A stretch of 64,000 nucleotides of DNA from Ruminococcus sp. GTDB taxonomy: Bacteria; Bacillota; Clostridia; Oscillospirales; Acutalibacteraceae. A program made the translations under genes and the position numbers. Position 1 is the first letter of the stretch. Every line of letters starts with the position of its first letter. Shown one piece after another: positions 9,146 through 18,334 of this stretch. The DNA lies in contig JAXJTT010000183.1 of the NCBI GenBank assembly GCA_036309445.1, positions 1,073 to 65,072 of the forward strand. The letters are read 5' to 3'. The notes beneath the pieces were generated by a model. That model was not told the DNA's origin. It saw only the letters and a program-made list of their open reading frames with translations, and searched no databases.

Positions 9146-9976
9146 ATGGCAGATGTTACATTTACTTCACCACACTCTTGCCCGACAGATAATTATTCTG
9201 ACGCTGTTTGCATAAATGCAAGCCGTATTTACGACAGTTGTGGTTCTAAGGATTGTCTTAATAATTTAAATGTATATTTTACACCTGCAAATCAGATGGT
9301 TTTGCAAAACGCTTGTTCAGTAAGAATTTGCAAGGCGAGTGTAATCACTTCGAAGGTTGAAGTTGAACCCGTAGCATTTCACAGAGGCTTTTATGCTGTC
9401 GATGTTACATTCTACTTTGACATATGTCTTGAAGTGTATTCAAGCGGATGTTCAATTCCTTCTAATATAAATGGTCTTGCTGTCTACGGAAAAAGAGTTG
9501 TGTTGTATGGCAGCGAAGGTAATTCAAAGAGCTTTTCAAGTGATGCAGACAGAATTTCCTGTGAAGAAAAGGTTAATTGTTGCACATACAAAGGAAATGT
9601 TCCGAAAGCTACTGTTCAGATTTCTGAGCCAATGGCACTTTCGGCAGAATTAAAATGCACTTGTCGCAGGGCGGCACCTTTGTGTAATCTTCCTGATTGT
9701 GTTCTGAATTACTTTGGAGATAATTTATCGGCATCAACCGAACAGTCTGTTACAGCAACAATCGGTATCTTTACCATTACACAGCTTGAAAGAAATGTTC
9801 AGATTATGATACCATCATACGAATTTTCTATTCCCAGAAAAGAATGTGCACCTAAGAGTGATGACCCTTGCGAGGTGTTCAGTAAGGTTGATTTCCCAAA
9901 TGCTTCATTTTTCCCTCCTAACGCAAGGGAAGACGAGAAAGAACGATATTCATTTGAATGCGGATGTTCTAACTGA
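9146..9976 (+). CDS. Cysteine-rich hypothetical protein (no signal peptide)
   Basis: ATG 9146 after GGAGG. 276 aa with about 19 Cys by my count (SCPTD, RIYDSCGSKDC, NCC, KCTC, FECGCSN). No family recognised. Confidence 0.6.
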   Translation: MADVTFTSPHSCPTDNYSDAVCINASRIYDSCGSKDCLNNLNVYFTPANQMVLQNACSVRICKASVITSKVEVEPVAFHRGFYAVDVTFYFDICLEVYSSGCSIPSNINGLAVYGKRVVLYGSEGNSKSFSSDADRISCEEKVNCCTYKGNVPKATVQISEPMALSAELKCTCRRAAPLCNLPDCVLNYFGDNLSASTEQSVTATIGIFTITQLERNVQIMIPSYEFSIPRKECAPKSDDPCEVFSKVDFPNASFFPPNAREDEKERYSFECGCSN

Positions 9977-10048
9977 TCACGTTTTTATACTCAACAATAT
10001 TTAAGCTCGAAGTTCTTTCTGTATTTCAAACAAATTAAGCTTATAAAC

Positions 10049-10084
10049 AACAAACGGAGCATTTTATGCCCCGTTTGTTTTATG
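10049..10084. terminator. Bidirectional terminator between convergent genes
   Basis: AACAAACGG (10049-10057) / CCGTTTGTT (10071-10079) followed by TTTAT. Confidence 0.6.
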
Positions 10085-10096
10085 TAAAAATATTTT

Positions 10097-10672
10097 TTAT
10101 TTAAAAATCCATTCAGACAGCTTTTCTTTTTTAACTATAAAAGCCTTTTGGGCTAATTCAGCAAGCGGAGTGTCGCTGTAACTGTCTGAATAAAACTCAT
10201 CAATTTTGCCGTCTGGGAAAACTTCATAGAATCGACGTACTTTTTCTTTTCCGTGACAGTTTATACCGCTGTATTTACCGTTGTGGCTGTCAACTTCAGA
10301 TGCCATCAGATATTTAATATTCAATGACTTGCAAATAGGTGTCAGAAGGAAGGTCGGAGAAGCTGAAATTATAACATCATCTTCTTTCTGAGTCTCAAGA
10401 TAAAATTTCTTGATTTTGTGTTTATGAGATTCCCAAAAAAGAATCACATCATTTTCGGTATCACAAAAATTAAGAAAACGATACATAACTTGTTTAAAAT
10501 CTGTTTTACTTCCTTTTTTGAAAACGTAAAATCTTATAAAAGCTGCAGCCAGAGAAGGAAAGAGTGTTATGATTTTTTTGTGTCTTTTCAGGGAAAAAAG
10601 ATAGAAGTCGGCAGTAGAATCACCATCGTATATTGTTTTATCAAAGTCGTATACATTCATTTGAAAGTCCAT
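10097..10672 (-). CDS. HAD-superfamily phosphatase (HAD-IB-like)
   Basis: N-terminal DxDxT motif (VYDFDKTIYDGDS). SASP motif II region. Start may be the second ATG at 10660. Confidence 0.7.
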   Translation of the reverse strand: MDFQMNVYDFDKTIYDGDSTADFYLFSLKRHKKIITLFPSLAAAFIRFYVFKKGSKTDFKQVMYRFLNFCDTENDVILFWESHKHKIKKFYLETQKEDDVIISASPTFLLTPICKSLNIKYLMASEVDSHNGKYSGINCHGKEKVRRFYEVFPDGKIDEFYSDSYSDTPLAELAQKAFIVKKEKLSEWIFK

Positions 10673-10828
10673 TCCTTTTGTTATCTGTATAAGCTATTAT
10701 ATGTTATTTTATCTTATTTTTCAACACTTAATTATGTATTACTTAATATAAAAATCACTTCTTTCTGTTGCTTTTTTGCTCAAATTATAGTATAGTATAA
10801 GGTGAATACTAATAATAGGGGAAATATC

Positions 10829-11689
10829 GTGTTTGGCTATCTGCGAATACAAAAATCTGAGCTTTTAGTTCGTGAATATGATGCATATAAGGCTGTTTAT
10901 TGTGGACTTTGTAAGCAAATGGGAAAGGATTATTCTTTTCTTATGAGAATGACTCTCAGCTACGATTGTACATTTTATGCAATGTTGCTTATGTCGCTTT
11001 CATCTTCCTGCAAGGGTTTTAAAGACGGCAGATGCACTTGTAATCCCCTTAAAAAGTGTAAGTATGCTATCGACGAAGGGGAGGCTTTTCGCAAAGCGTC
11101 AGCTTTTTCAGTGATATCTGTATATTACAAAATTTTAGATGATATCAAAGACAGTGGATTTTTTAAATCTTTAGCTTTGAAAATTGTGAAACCGTTTTTT
11201 TCTCATAACAGAAAAAAGGCAAGAAAGCGTTATCCTGAGCTTGACAAAATCGTTGCTGAAATGATGACTTTACAGGAAGAAGCAGAGTCGGATTCGGAAA
11301 TTATAATAGATAAATCAGCTCATCCTACCGCAAAAATGCTTGCAGAGGTTTTTTCTCTTGAGGCTGAGGATGATATGCAGAAACGAACTTTTTATGAGTT
11401 TGGTTATCATATAGGCAGATGGATATATTTAATTGATGCAACAGATGACCTTGATAAGGATATCAGGAAAAATAATTTTAATCCTTTTTACGATAGAAAA
11501 ACAAACACCCGAAAAGATATTCAGGATATAATTTTTACGCTTAATCAATCGTTAGCCAGAGCATACGATGCGTATAATCTTATTGACGGTCTGAAAGATT
11601 TTAAAGGTATATTTGATAATATGATACTTAAAGGTTTTCCTTCAATTCAGAACGGAATAACTGATAAATATAAAAATAAGAGTAATTAA
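10829..11689 (+). CDS. DUF5685-like protein of unknown function
   Basis: Start re-chosen at GTG 10829 (GGGGAA SD; product begins (M)FGYLRIQKSEL). YCGLCK and CTCNPLKKC Cys motifs. Asp-rich ILDDIKD and IDATDDLDKD. Track ORF starts at 10802. Confidence 0.6.
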   Translation: MFGYLRIQKSELLVREYDAYKAVYCGLCKQMGKDYSFLMRMTLSYDCTFYAMLLMSLSSSCKGFKDGRCTCNPLKKCKYAIDEGEAFRKASAFSVISVYYKILDDIKDSGFFKSLALKIVKPFFSHNRKKARKRYPELDKIVAEMMTLQEEAESDSEIIIDKSAHPTAKMLAEVFSLEAEDDMQKRTFYEFGYHIGRWIYLIDATDDLDKDIRKNNFNPFYDRKTNTRKDIQDIIFTLNQSLARAYDAYNLIDGLKDFKGIFDNMILKGFPSIQNGITDKYKNKSN

Positions 11690-11738
11690 GTAGCAATAGG
11701 CAATAGAAGTATACACATAGAAAGGAATCATAGACAGA

Positions 11739-12368
11739 ATGAAAGACCCTTATGAAGTTTTAGGAGTGTCTCCTACAGCAAGTGATGATGAAATAAAATC
11801 TGCGTACAGAAAACTTGCAAAAAAGTATCATCCCGATAATTATGCAGACAGCCCTCTTGCGGATGTTGCAGAGCAAAAAATGAAAGAAATCAATGAGGCA
11901 TATGATAATATCAATGATATGCGTCAGAAAAACAGAGGAACAGGTTCTACAGGCTCTTACTCAAATACAACTTACAACAGAGGTTATTCAACAGAAAGCT
12001 CGGGTACTCAGTACCACAGTGTACGAGTATATATTCAGAGAAATATGATAGGTCAGGCTGAACAGATACTTGACAATATTCCTCAGGGTAACAGAACTGC
12101 TGAATGGTTCTATCTCAAGGGTATGTGCTGTCACCGTAAAGGCTGGTCAGATCAGGCGTTTGCATTCTTTTCAACAGCTTGCAATATGGATCCGAATAAT
12201 TCCGAATTTCGTGCCGCTCTCAACAGCATGAATTCACAGAGAAGATATAACTATGGTGGCTACACACAGACACCAAATACATCAGGCGACAGTTGTTCTG
12301 CTTGTGATATTTGCACAGCAATGATTTGTGCTGACTGTTTGTGTGATTGTTGCAGAATCGGTTGTTAA
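11739..12368 (+). CDS. J-domain protein with TPR-like middle and Cys-rich C-terminal tail
   Basis: DPYEVLGV...[11 protein letters not shown] (HPD tripeptide). C-terminus [24 protein letters not shown]. Confidence 0.85.
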   Translation: MKDPYEVLGVSPTASDDEIKSAYRKLAKKYHPDNYADSPLADVAEQKMKEINEAYDNINDMRQKNRGTGSTGSYSNTTYNRGYSTESSGTQYHSVRVYIQRNMIGQAEQILDNIPQGNRTAEWFYLKGMCCHRKGWSDQAFAFFSTACNMDPNNSEFRAALNSMNSQRRYNYGGYTQTPNTSGDSCSACDICTAMICADCLCDCCRIGC

Positions 12369-12374
12369 TGTAAT

Positions 12375-12926
12375 ATGAATAAGAAAACTGATAACAGAAT
12401 TTTAAAAATAACTCTTTCCTCGACTATAGCTGCGGTTTCTCTCGTGCTTATGTTGATAACGGGAATATTCCCGTTTGGTACTTTTGCACTGCCCTGTATT
12501 GCAGGTATGATGATAACAAGCATAGTAATTGAATGTGGCTATAAATGGGCATTTGCAGTATATGCGATTGTTTCAGTGCTTGCGTTGATAATTGCAGGTG
12601 ATAAGGAAGCGGTAGTTTATTTTATAATGCTTTTTGGTTATTATCCAATACTGAAAGGTGTTTTTGAAGGCAGAATAAAAAATACAATTGTACAGTATCT
12701 GTTAAAATATGCAGTCTTTAATGTGGCTGTAATATCTGCTTTCTTGATATCAATTTTTATTTTGTCTGTACCGATAGAAGAATTTTCAATAGGAGATTAT
12801 TTTGTCCCTTGGTTATTTCTGATAGCAGGAAATATATTTTTTATTATCTACGATAAAGCAATTACATCTGTAATCACTTTATATATCCGTAGATTAAGAG
12901 GAAAAATAATAAAAAAGAAGTTTTGA
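12375..12926 (+). CDS. Integral membrane protein, unknown function (about 5 TM; ECF S-component-like appearance)
   Basis: 183 aa, strongly hydrophobic segments, starts 7 nt after the J-protein stop. Confidence 0.5.
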   Translation: MNKKTDNRILKITLSSTIAAVSLVLMLITGIFPFGTFALPCIAGMMITSIVIECGYKWAFAVYAIVSVLALIIAGDKEAVVYFIMLFGYYPILKGVFEGRIKNTIVQYLLKYAVFNVAVISAFLISIFILSVPIEEFSIGDYFVPWLFLIAGNIFFIIYDKAITSVITLYIRRLRGKIIKKKF

Positions 12927-12944
12927 ATTTAAGTAGTGGTGTGT

Positions 12945-15095
12945 ATGACAAGAAAATTTTATTCAGTTAAGCTCCTGTCAATATTTTTATCAACATTATT
13001 TTTTGTTTTTTCAGCAACATCTGTTTCAGCGGCAAACATCATTCATGATAATTCTGTTTCCGCTTATACAACAGATAAATCTTTGTCTGCCTCGATAGAA
13101 GCAGGTACCAAAGGATATGTAAATGCTTCTGAAGTAAACTTAAGAAGTGGTGCGTCAACAGATACTGCTGTAATTATCTGTATGGATATTTATACAACTT
13201 TTACATTTGAAGATGGTCTTCTTTATAACTCAGAGTGGTATAAAATCAGTCTGGAAGATGGCACAGTTGGCTATATTTATTATGAATTTGCATCTGTTTC
13301 AGAAGATGACGATAACAATACAGCCCCTGTCTACGGTTATATAAACTCCGATGATGTCAATATCCGTTCGGGTCCAAGTACGGATTACAGCATTTTAGAT
13401 TGTGTAGAATTCTATACGGAGTTTGAATTTATCAGTACAGCACTTTATAACGGCTCATGGTATCATATAAGACTTAATAGCGGTACAGAAGGGTACGTAC
13501 ACAAGGATTATGCATCATTTAAGTCTTATACTGAACCTGATGATTATACAGGTATTTCATCAACCTCAGCGGTGGTTTATCTTAACAATCCATACTCTCT
13601 GTCTGTAAATACAACAGAAAAGGTTAGCTGGAGCAGTTCAAACAACTGGGTTGCACGAGTAACAGATGATGGTATGGTTTATCCTGTTTCAGTAGGCACC
13701 TGTGTTATTACAGCAAAATATTCAGATAAGAGTGAGCAATGTACTATCACCGTAAAAAGCGGTGGAAGTGTGGATATTTCAGATACCGCTGTCGATTTAG
13801 GAAAAGGTAAATCAGTGCTTTTAACCTCATATGATTATGTGAGCTGGAAAAGTTCTGACACAAGAATTGCAACTGTAAAAGATGGTGTCGTATATGCAAA
13901 AAATGAAGGAAAAGCTGTAATTACTGCTTATACATCCCATGGTGCGGCAAGTTGTGTAATTACCGTAAATCCTGCAGAGGCTGTTCGTTTTGTATATGCA
14001 ACTCCTAACTCTGCACCTTTGAACAGCTTGGTTAAGCTTAATGCTATTACCGATTCAGAGCGTGATGGTGTTTATTTTGTAATAACAAACGGCTCAAAAG
14101 AGTATACGGTAGAAGCGTCATCACTTATGATTGACGGAAAAAATTATATCTGGACGGGAAGAATTGCTCTTCCTGAGTCTGGTAACTGGACTTATAAAGC
14201 GTATTCAAGCCATATTGATTCAAAAAGGTTCATTACCGCAAAAGGTAGTGGTGAGGGAGAGGTTTTTGTTACAAAATCAGCCGACACCACAACAACTATA
14301 TGTGCCGAACGCAGAGCAAGCAGTGAGGTTATTGAACTTATAGCAAATTATGAGGGTTTTTTACCTGAACTTACTCCCGATTATATTACAGATGACCCGA
14401 CTATAGGCTATGGTAAGGTTATCTATTCCGGAGAACAGTTTTATAATAATCTTACAAAAAATGAAGCTTATGCTTATTTATGTCAGACTGTGAACAGTGG
14501 TGGCTTTACGTCAAGAGTCAATGAATTTCTTTTAGAGAATAATATTAAGTTCAATCAACAGCAGTTTGATGCACTTGTTTGTTTTTCGTATAACGTAGGT
14601 GCCAGTGCAATTGAATACGATGATGACCTTGCAGGGGTTCTTACCGATACATACACAGGCAATAGCGTAATTGAAGGCGGAATGGCAGGTTATGTAAGCG
14701 GAAGCGAAGTTAATCTCAGAGAAGGTGCAGGAACAAGTTATAATATTGTAACTGTGATGGATGGATTTACTGAATTTACTTTTATTGATGGTAAATTATA
14801 TAATTCTGAGTGGTATAAAATCCGTTTGTCAGATGGTACAGAGGGTTATATCTATTCTGATTACGCATCGGCAATCGGCTTACAGCGTGATTTGAACAAT
14901 ACCTCAAAATCAAGATTTCTGGCTGAGTATTTGCAGTATCATCATGCCGCAAGCTCGTGTTACAGCGGTCTGCTTTACAGAAGAATAGACGAAGCAGAAG
15001 TGTTTTTTGAAGGCGATTATATAAGAGACGGTGAATATAATAAATCAAATTATCATTTTACCTGTAAATATAACCTTGATTTTGGTGTTTATTAA
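12945..15095 (+). CDS. Secreted multidomain cell-wall hydrolase: 3x SH3b, 2x Big_2-like, GH24 lysozyme-like domain
   Basis: Signal peptide ...SVSAANI. Three SH3b repeats (GY[VI]N..EVN[LI]RSG...WY.I.L..GT.GY[IV]). VSW.SS...ATV Ig-like repeats. Lysozyme motif ANYEGF...DDPTIGYGKVI. Confidence 0.75.
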   Translation: MTRKFYSVKLLSIFLSTLFFVFSATSVSAANIIHDNSVSAYTTDKSLSASIEAGTKGYVNASEVNLRSGASTDTAVIICMDIYTTFTFEDGLLYNSEWYKISLEDGTVGYIYYEFASVSEDDDNNTAPVYGYINSDDVNIRSGPSTDYSILDCVEFYTEFEFISTALYNGSWYHIRLNSGTEGYVHKDYASFKSYTEPDDYTGISSTSAVVYLNNPYSLSVNTTEKVSWSSSNNWVARVTDDGMVYPVSVGTCVITAKYSDKSEQCTITVKSGGSVDISDTAVDLGKGKSVLLTSYDYVSWKSSDTRIATVKDGVVYAKNEGKAVITAYTSHGAASCVITVNPAEAVRFVYATPNSAPLNSLVKLNAITDSERDGVYFVITNGSKEYTVEASSLMIDGKNYIWTGRIALPESGNWTYKAYSSHIDSKRFITAKGSGEGEVFVTKSADTTTTICAERRASSEVIELIANYEGFLPELTPDYITDDPTIGYGKVIYSGEQFYNNLTKNEAYAYLCQTVNSGGFTSRVNEFLLENNIKFNQQQFDALVCFSYNVGASAIEYDDDLAGVLTDTYTGNSVIEGGMAGYVSGSEVNLREGAGTSYNIVTVMDGFTEFTFIDGKLYNSEWYKIRLSDGTEGYIYSDYASAIGLQRDLNNTSKSRFLAEYLQYHHAASSCYSGLLYRRIDEAEVFFEGDYIRDGEYNKSNYHFTCKYNLDFGVY
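13113..13517 (+). repeat. Tandem SH3b-domain coding repeats 1 and 2 of the lysozyme gene
   Basis: aa 60-120 and 134-194 of track ORF 12936 align residue by residue (GYVNASEVNLRSGASTD... / GYINSDDVNIRSGPSTD...). Confidence 0.8.
14688..14870 (+). repeat. Third SH3b-domain coding repeat (C-terminal)
   Basis: GYVSGSEVNLREGAGTSYNIVTVMDGFTEFTFIDGKLYNSEWYKIRLSDGTEGYIYSDYAS. Shares the DNA string GAGTGGTATAAAATC with repeat 1. Confidence 0.8.
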
Positions 15096-15125
15096 TATTT
15101 CAGTGTGTATGAAAGGAAGTTTATA

Positions 15126-15929
15126 ATGAAAACAATCGGTTTTATCGGAGCCGGAAATATGGCTACAGCCATAATAGAAGGACTTTTATCACAGGACAGA
15201 GAAAATGCCGGATTTATCAGAGTTTTTGACCTTGATAAAGAAAAATGTGCTGTTATGGAAAATCAGGGTATTAAGATTTGCAACTCAGGTGCTCAGGTAA
15301 TGCAGGAGAGTGATATTACAGTTCTTGCTGTGAAACCTCAGAATTATCCGGAAGTTCTTGCAGAGCTTAAAGATGGCGGTGCTGATGAATCAAAAGTATT
15401 TGTATCAATAGCTGCCGGAATTTCAATCTCATATGTGCAGAATTTAATCGGTTGTAAGTGTCCTGTTGTAAGAGTTATGCCTAATACTCCACTCTTACTT
15501 AAAAAGGGTGCATCTGCACTTTGTCCGTCTGAAAATATCAGCGAAGAGGACAAAAGCATTGTTTACAATATGTTTGCAGGTAGCGGTGTTTGCGAATACA
15601 TTACTGAAGAACATATGAACGAGATTATATCTGTCAACGGTAGCAGCCCTGCTTACATTTATCTTTTTGCAAAGGCTATGGCTGACTATGCACAGGATTG
15701 CGGTATTGAGTATGACAAGGCGATGAATCTCATCTGTGCTACTTTAGAAGGTTCTGCAAAAATGCTCAGAGAGAGTGGTGACAATGCAGATACTCTTATC
15801 AAAAAGGTTAGCTCTAAGGGTGGTACAACAATAGCTGCACTTGAATGTCTGGAAAGCCACGGTTTTTATGATGCAATCCAGAAAGCTATGCAGGCTTGCA
15901 CAAACAGAGCTGAAGAGCTTGGTAAATAA
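15126..15929 (+). CDS. proC: Pyrroline-5-carboxylate reductase
   Basis: MKTIGFIGAGNMATAII Rossmann N-terminus. MPNTP and SSKGGTT motifs. ATG 15126 after AAAGGAAG. Confidence 0.9.
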   Translation: MKTIGFIGAGNMATAIIEGLLSQDRENAGFIRVFDLDKEKCAVMENQGIKICNSGAQVMQESDITVLAVKPQNYPEVLAELKDGGADESKVFVSIAAGISISYVQNLIGCKCPVVRVMPNTPLLLKKGASALCPSENISEEDKSIVYNMFAGSGVCEYITEEHMNEIISVNGSSPAYIYLFAKAMADYAQDCGIEYDKAMNLICATLEGSAKMLRESGDNADTLIKKVSSKGGTTIAALECLESHGFYDAIQKAMQACTNRAEELGK

Positions 15930-15992
15930 TTCTCATAATATTCTTTGAGTTAGCATACTCTGTAAAGGGACAACTTTTACGGAGGAATGCAA

Positions 15993-16667
15993 ATGAAAAG
16001 TATAATATTTTCTTTAAAAAAAAGCAGTCGCAGGAAACCGATTTTTGTTTTTCCTGCGACAGTATCTGATTTTAAATATTTTTTAAAAAAATACGGTGTA
16101 CATACATTTTTTGTAGTAATGCTTTTAACAGGGCTTGCGTTTGGAACGGTATATTCATCAGCTGCACAGCAAGGTTTTCTTGATTCAATAGATTTTTTGT
16201 TTCTGACAAATCTCGAAGCAAGATTATCACAAAATACGATAGATACGTTCTGTGCGTGCTTTGCATCTGATTTTTTGTTTTTACTTATAATTTTTCTGTT
16301 AGGGCTTGCCCCGTGGGGAATACCTTTTTTGCTGTTTGTTGTAATGTTCAGAGGTTTTGGAACAGGACTTACTGCGGGATATCTTTCAGCGGTACATTCT
16401 GTTCAGGGCGGATTTTTTTATTTGTCAGTTATTCTTCCGGGAACTTTTTTATTTTGTATGTCACTTGTAAATTTATCCTCAAACTCGTTTTATATCTCAA
16501 AGCAAATGTTACTTCATACGATAAGTAAGAAAGAAACTCAGAACGGGCTGAGAAAGCATATATCTCAATATGTTTTAGCCTGTATAAGTTCCTTGATAAC
16601 GGCATTCTTATCAGCGGTTCTTGATACAGTGCTTTGGATTTTGTTTGCAGGAAACTTTAATTTCTGA
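15993..16667 (+). CDS. spoIIM: Stage II sporulation protein M-like membrane protein
   Basis: About 224 aa polytopic protein. Pattern GLAPWGIPFLLFVVMFRGFGTGLTAGYL resembles the SpoIIM family. Assignment by resemblance only. Confidence 0.5.
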   Translation: MKSIIFSLKKSSRRKPIFVFPATVSDFKYFLKKYGVHTFFVVMLLTGLAFGTVYSSAAQQGFLDSIDFLFLTNLEARLSQNTIDTFCACFASDFLFLLIIFLLGLAPWGIPFLLFVVMFRGFGTGLTAGYLSAVHSVQGGFFYLSVILPGTFLFCMSLVNLSSNSFYISKQMLLHTISKKETQNGLRKHISQYVLACISSLITAFLSAVLDTVLWILFAGNFNF

Positions 16668-16685
16668 CATTCTGGAGGCTTAATA

Positions 16686-17678
16686 ATGGCTGAAAATAAG
16701 AATAAATTTGCTCTTGTTGATTTTTTTAATAGTCTTTTTTCAAATCTCGGAAAACTGATGCTTACGAATCTTATATTCGCAGTACCTTGTGCTGTGTTTT
16801 TTGCAATATTCTTTTTTATTGATTCTTTAGCAGGATTAGGCGGAAATTTCATTACAATGCTTTCTGCGATTCCGATTTTTCCTTTTTTTGCAGGTGTAAC
16901 TCTTGTTACAGCAAAAATTGTCAGAGGCGATGAAGATTTTAATGTTTTAAAAACTTTCGTGCTTGGATTAAAGGATAACTTTAAGAAATTTCTTGTTCAC
17001 GGAGTAATTCTTTATTTAGCTATTGTGGTAAGCTATTTTTCAATTTCACTTTACAGTATGTGGATATCTGTTTCAAAAGAAAGTGATTCAGGTTTTACGG
17101 CTGTACTTTATGTGTTTTTTGCGATTTCTGTTATTATAGCTGTGGCATTTCTCTTTATTTCATATTATGTTCCGTCTATGACCGTTACATTTGATATGTC
17201 CCTTAAAACGATTTACAAAAACAGTGCATTGATGTCTTTTGGTGAATTTAAGAATAACTTATTTGCAACATTTGGTGTTGCTGTTTTTGCTTTGTTTTCA
17301 CTGACAATACTGGTTTTTACAGGTAATGTAAATAATGCTTTGTTATTGATTATAGTAACTGCTGTTATAGCTTTATTGTTAGCTCCTTCAATAGTTTCTT
17401 TTATAATTAATTCCGCTGTTTATAATGGTATGTATTCTATAATAACAGAAAAAGACAGAAAGACCAGACAGATTGATAAGAAAATTGAAAACCGTAAAAA
17501 AGGACAGTTTTTTGACTATAATCTCGAAGAACAGGAAAATCCGGCTGAAGAATTTCTCTCACTTGATATTGATGAAAATATGGATGCCGATGAATATATT
17601 TTCTTTAACGGAAAAATGGTTAAGAGAAGCGTAATTTTAAAAATGAAAAAAGAGCAGGAAGAGAGTAAAGGTGAATAA
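16686..17678 (+). CDS. YesL/DUF624-like membrane protein with acidic C-terminal extension
   Basis: N-terminus FFNSLFSNLGKLMLTNLIFAVPCAVFF typical of DUF624. 330 aa. SD GGAGG. Confidence 0.5.
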   Translation: MAENKNKFALVDFFNSLFSNLGKLMLTNLIFAVPCAVFFAIFFFIDSLAGLGGNFITMLSAIPIFPFFAGVTLVTAKIVRGDEDFNVLKTFVLGLKDNFKKFLVHGVILYLAIVVSYFSISLYSMWISVSKESDSGFTAVLYVFFAISVIIAVAFLFISYYVPSMTVTFDMSLKTIYKNSALMSFGEFKNNLFATFGVAVFALFSLTILVFTGNVNNALLLIIVTAVIALLLAPSIVSFIINSAVYNGMYSIITEKDRKTRQIDKKIENRKKGQFFDYNLEEQENPAEEFLSLDIDENMDADEYIFFNGKMVKRSVILKMKKEQEESKGE

Positions 17679-17680
17679 AA

Positions 17681-18334
17681 ATGCCTGGTAAATATGCACG
17701 TAAAGATCCAAAACAGAACAAGACCAAATCTGTTGTAATTGCTTTAATTCTTTTTCTCTTTCTTATAATAAGTGGAATAACCGCCTATGTGATTTCACAA
17801 AATATTAATGATGATACAAATAATACAGAAACTACCGTAACATCAGAAGTTCAGGATGTAACAAGTATTGCGGAAGAAACTACCGTAATTGTCACAAACA
17901 GTACAGAGTCCACAGATATTCTTACAGAACCGACTACTGCAGAGGTTGAAGAAACAACTGAAGATATTGTAGTGCCGGGGGCAGAAGATGCTGATGAATC
18001 ACTTAATTTCAGTGCTGAATTTACTGCATATAAAGCTTATGATATAACAGAAGACCGTAGAGTAAGCCTCAAAGAGGTGTTTGGTTCTTCTTACACAGGC
18101 GATGCTTTTGTGTTCAGCGATGAGGGTACTTTTCAGGATAACTTAATTAGCTCTGCAAAAAACTACGGTGCGTATGCTGTGGTTGATGATGTCATTCGTT
18201 TAACTTATGCCAATGACAAAAACAGTACCGCTGAAATCATTTCACAGGACGACTATTACACTCCGACTGAAATTATGATAAATTATGGTGGATATGAAGT
18301 TTATTTTAAATTGAATGGTGATTTAAATGAGTAA
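17681..18334 (+). CDS. Membrane-anchored hypothetical protein (Thr/Glu-rich linker plus about 110-aa C-terminal domain)
   Basis: N-terminal TM VVIALILFLFLIISGITAYVI. C-terminal ...INYGGYEVYFKLNG resembles the end of the next ORF. Confidence 0.55.
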   Translation: MPGKYARKDPKQNKTKSVVIALILFLFLIISGITAYVISQNINDDTNNTETTVTSEVQDVTSIAEETTVIVTNSTESTDILTEPTTAEVEETTEDIVVPGAEDADESLNFSAEFTAYKAYDITEDRRVSLKEVFGSSYTGDAFVFSDEGTFQDNLISSAKNYGAYAVVDDVIRLTYANDKNSTAEIISQDDYYTPTEIMINYGGYEVYFKLNGDLNE

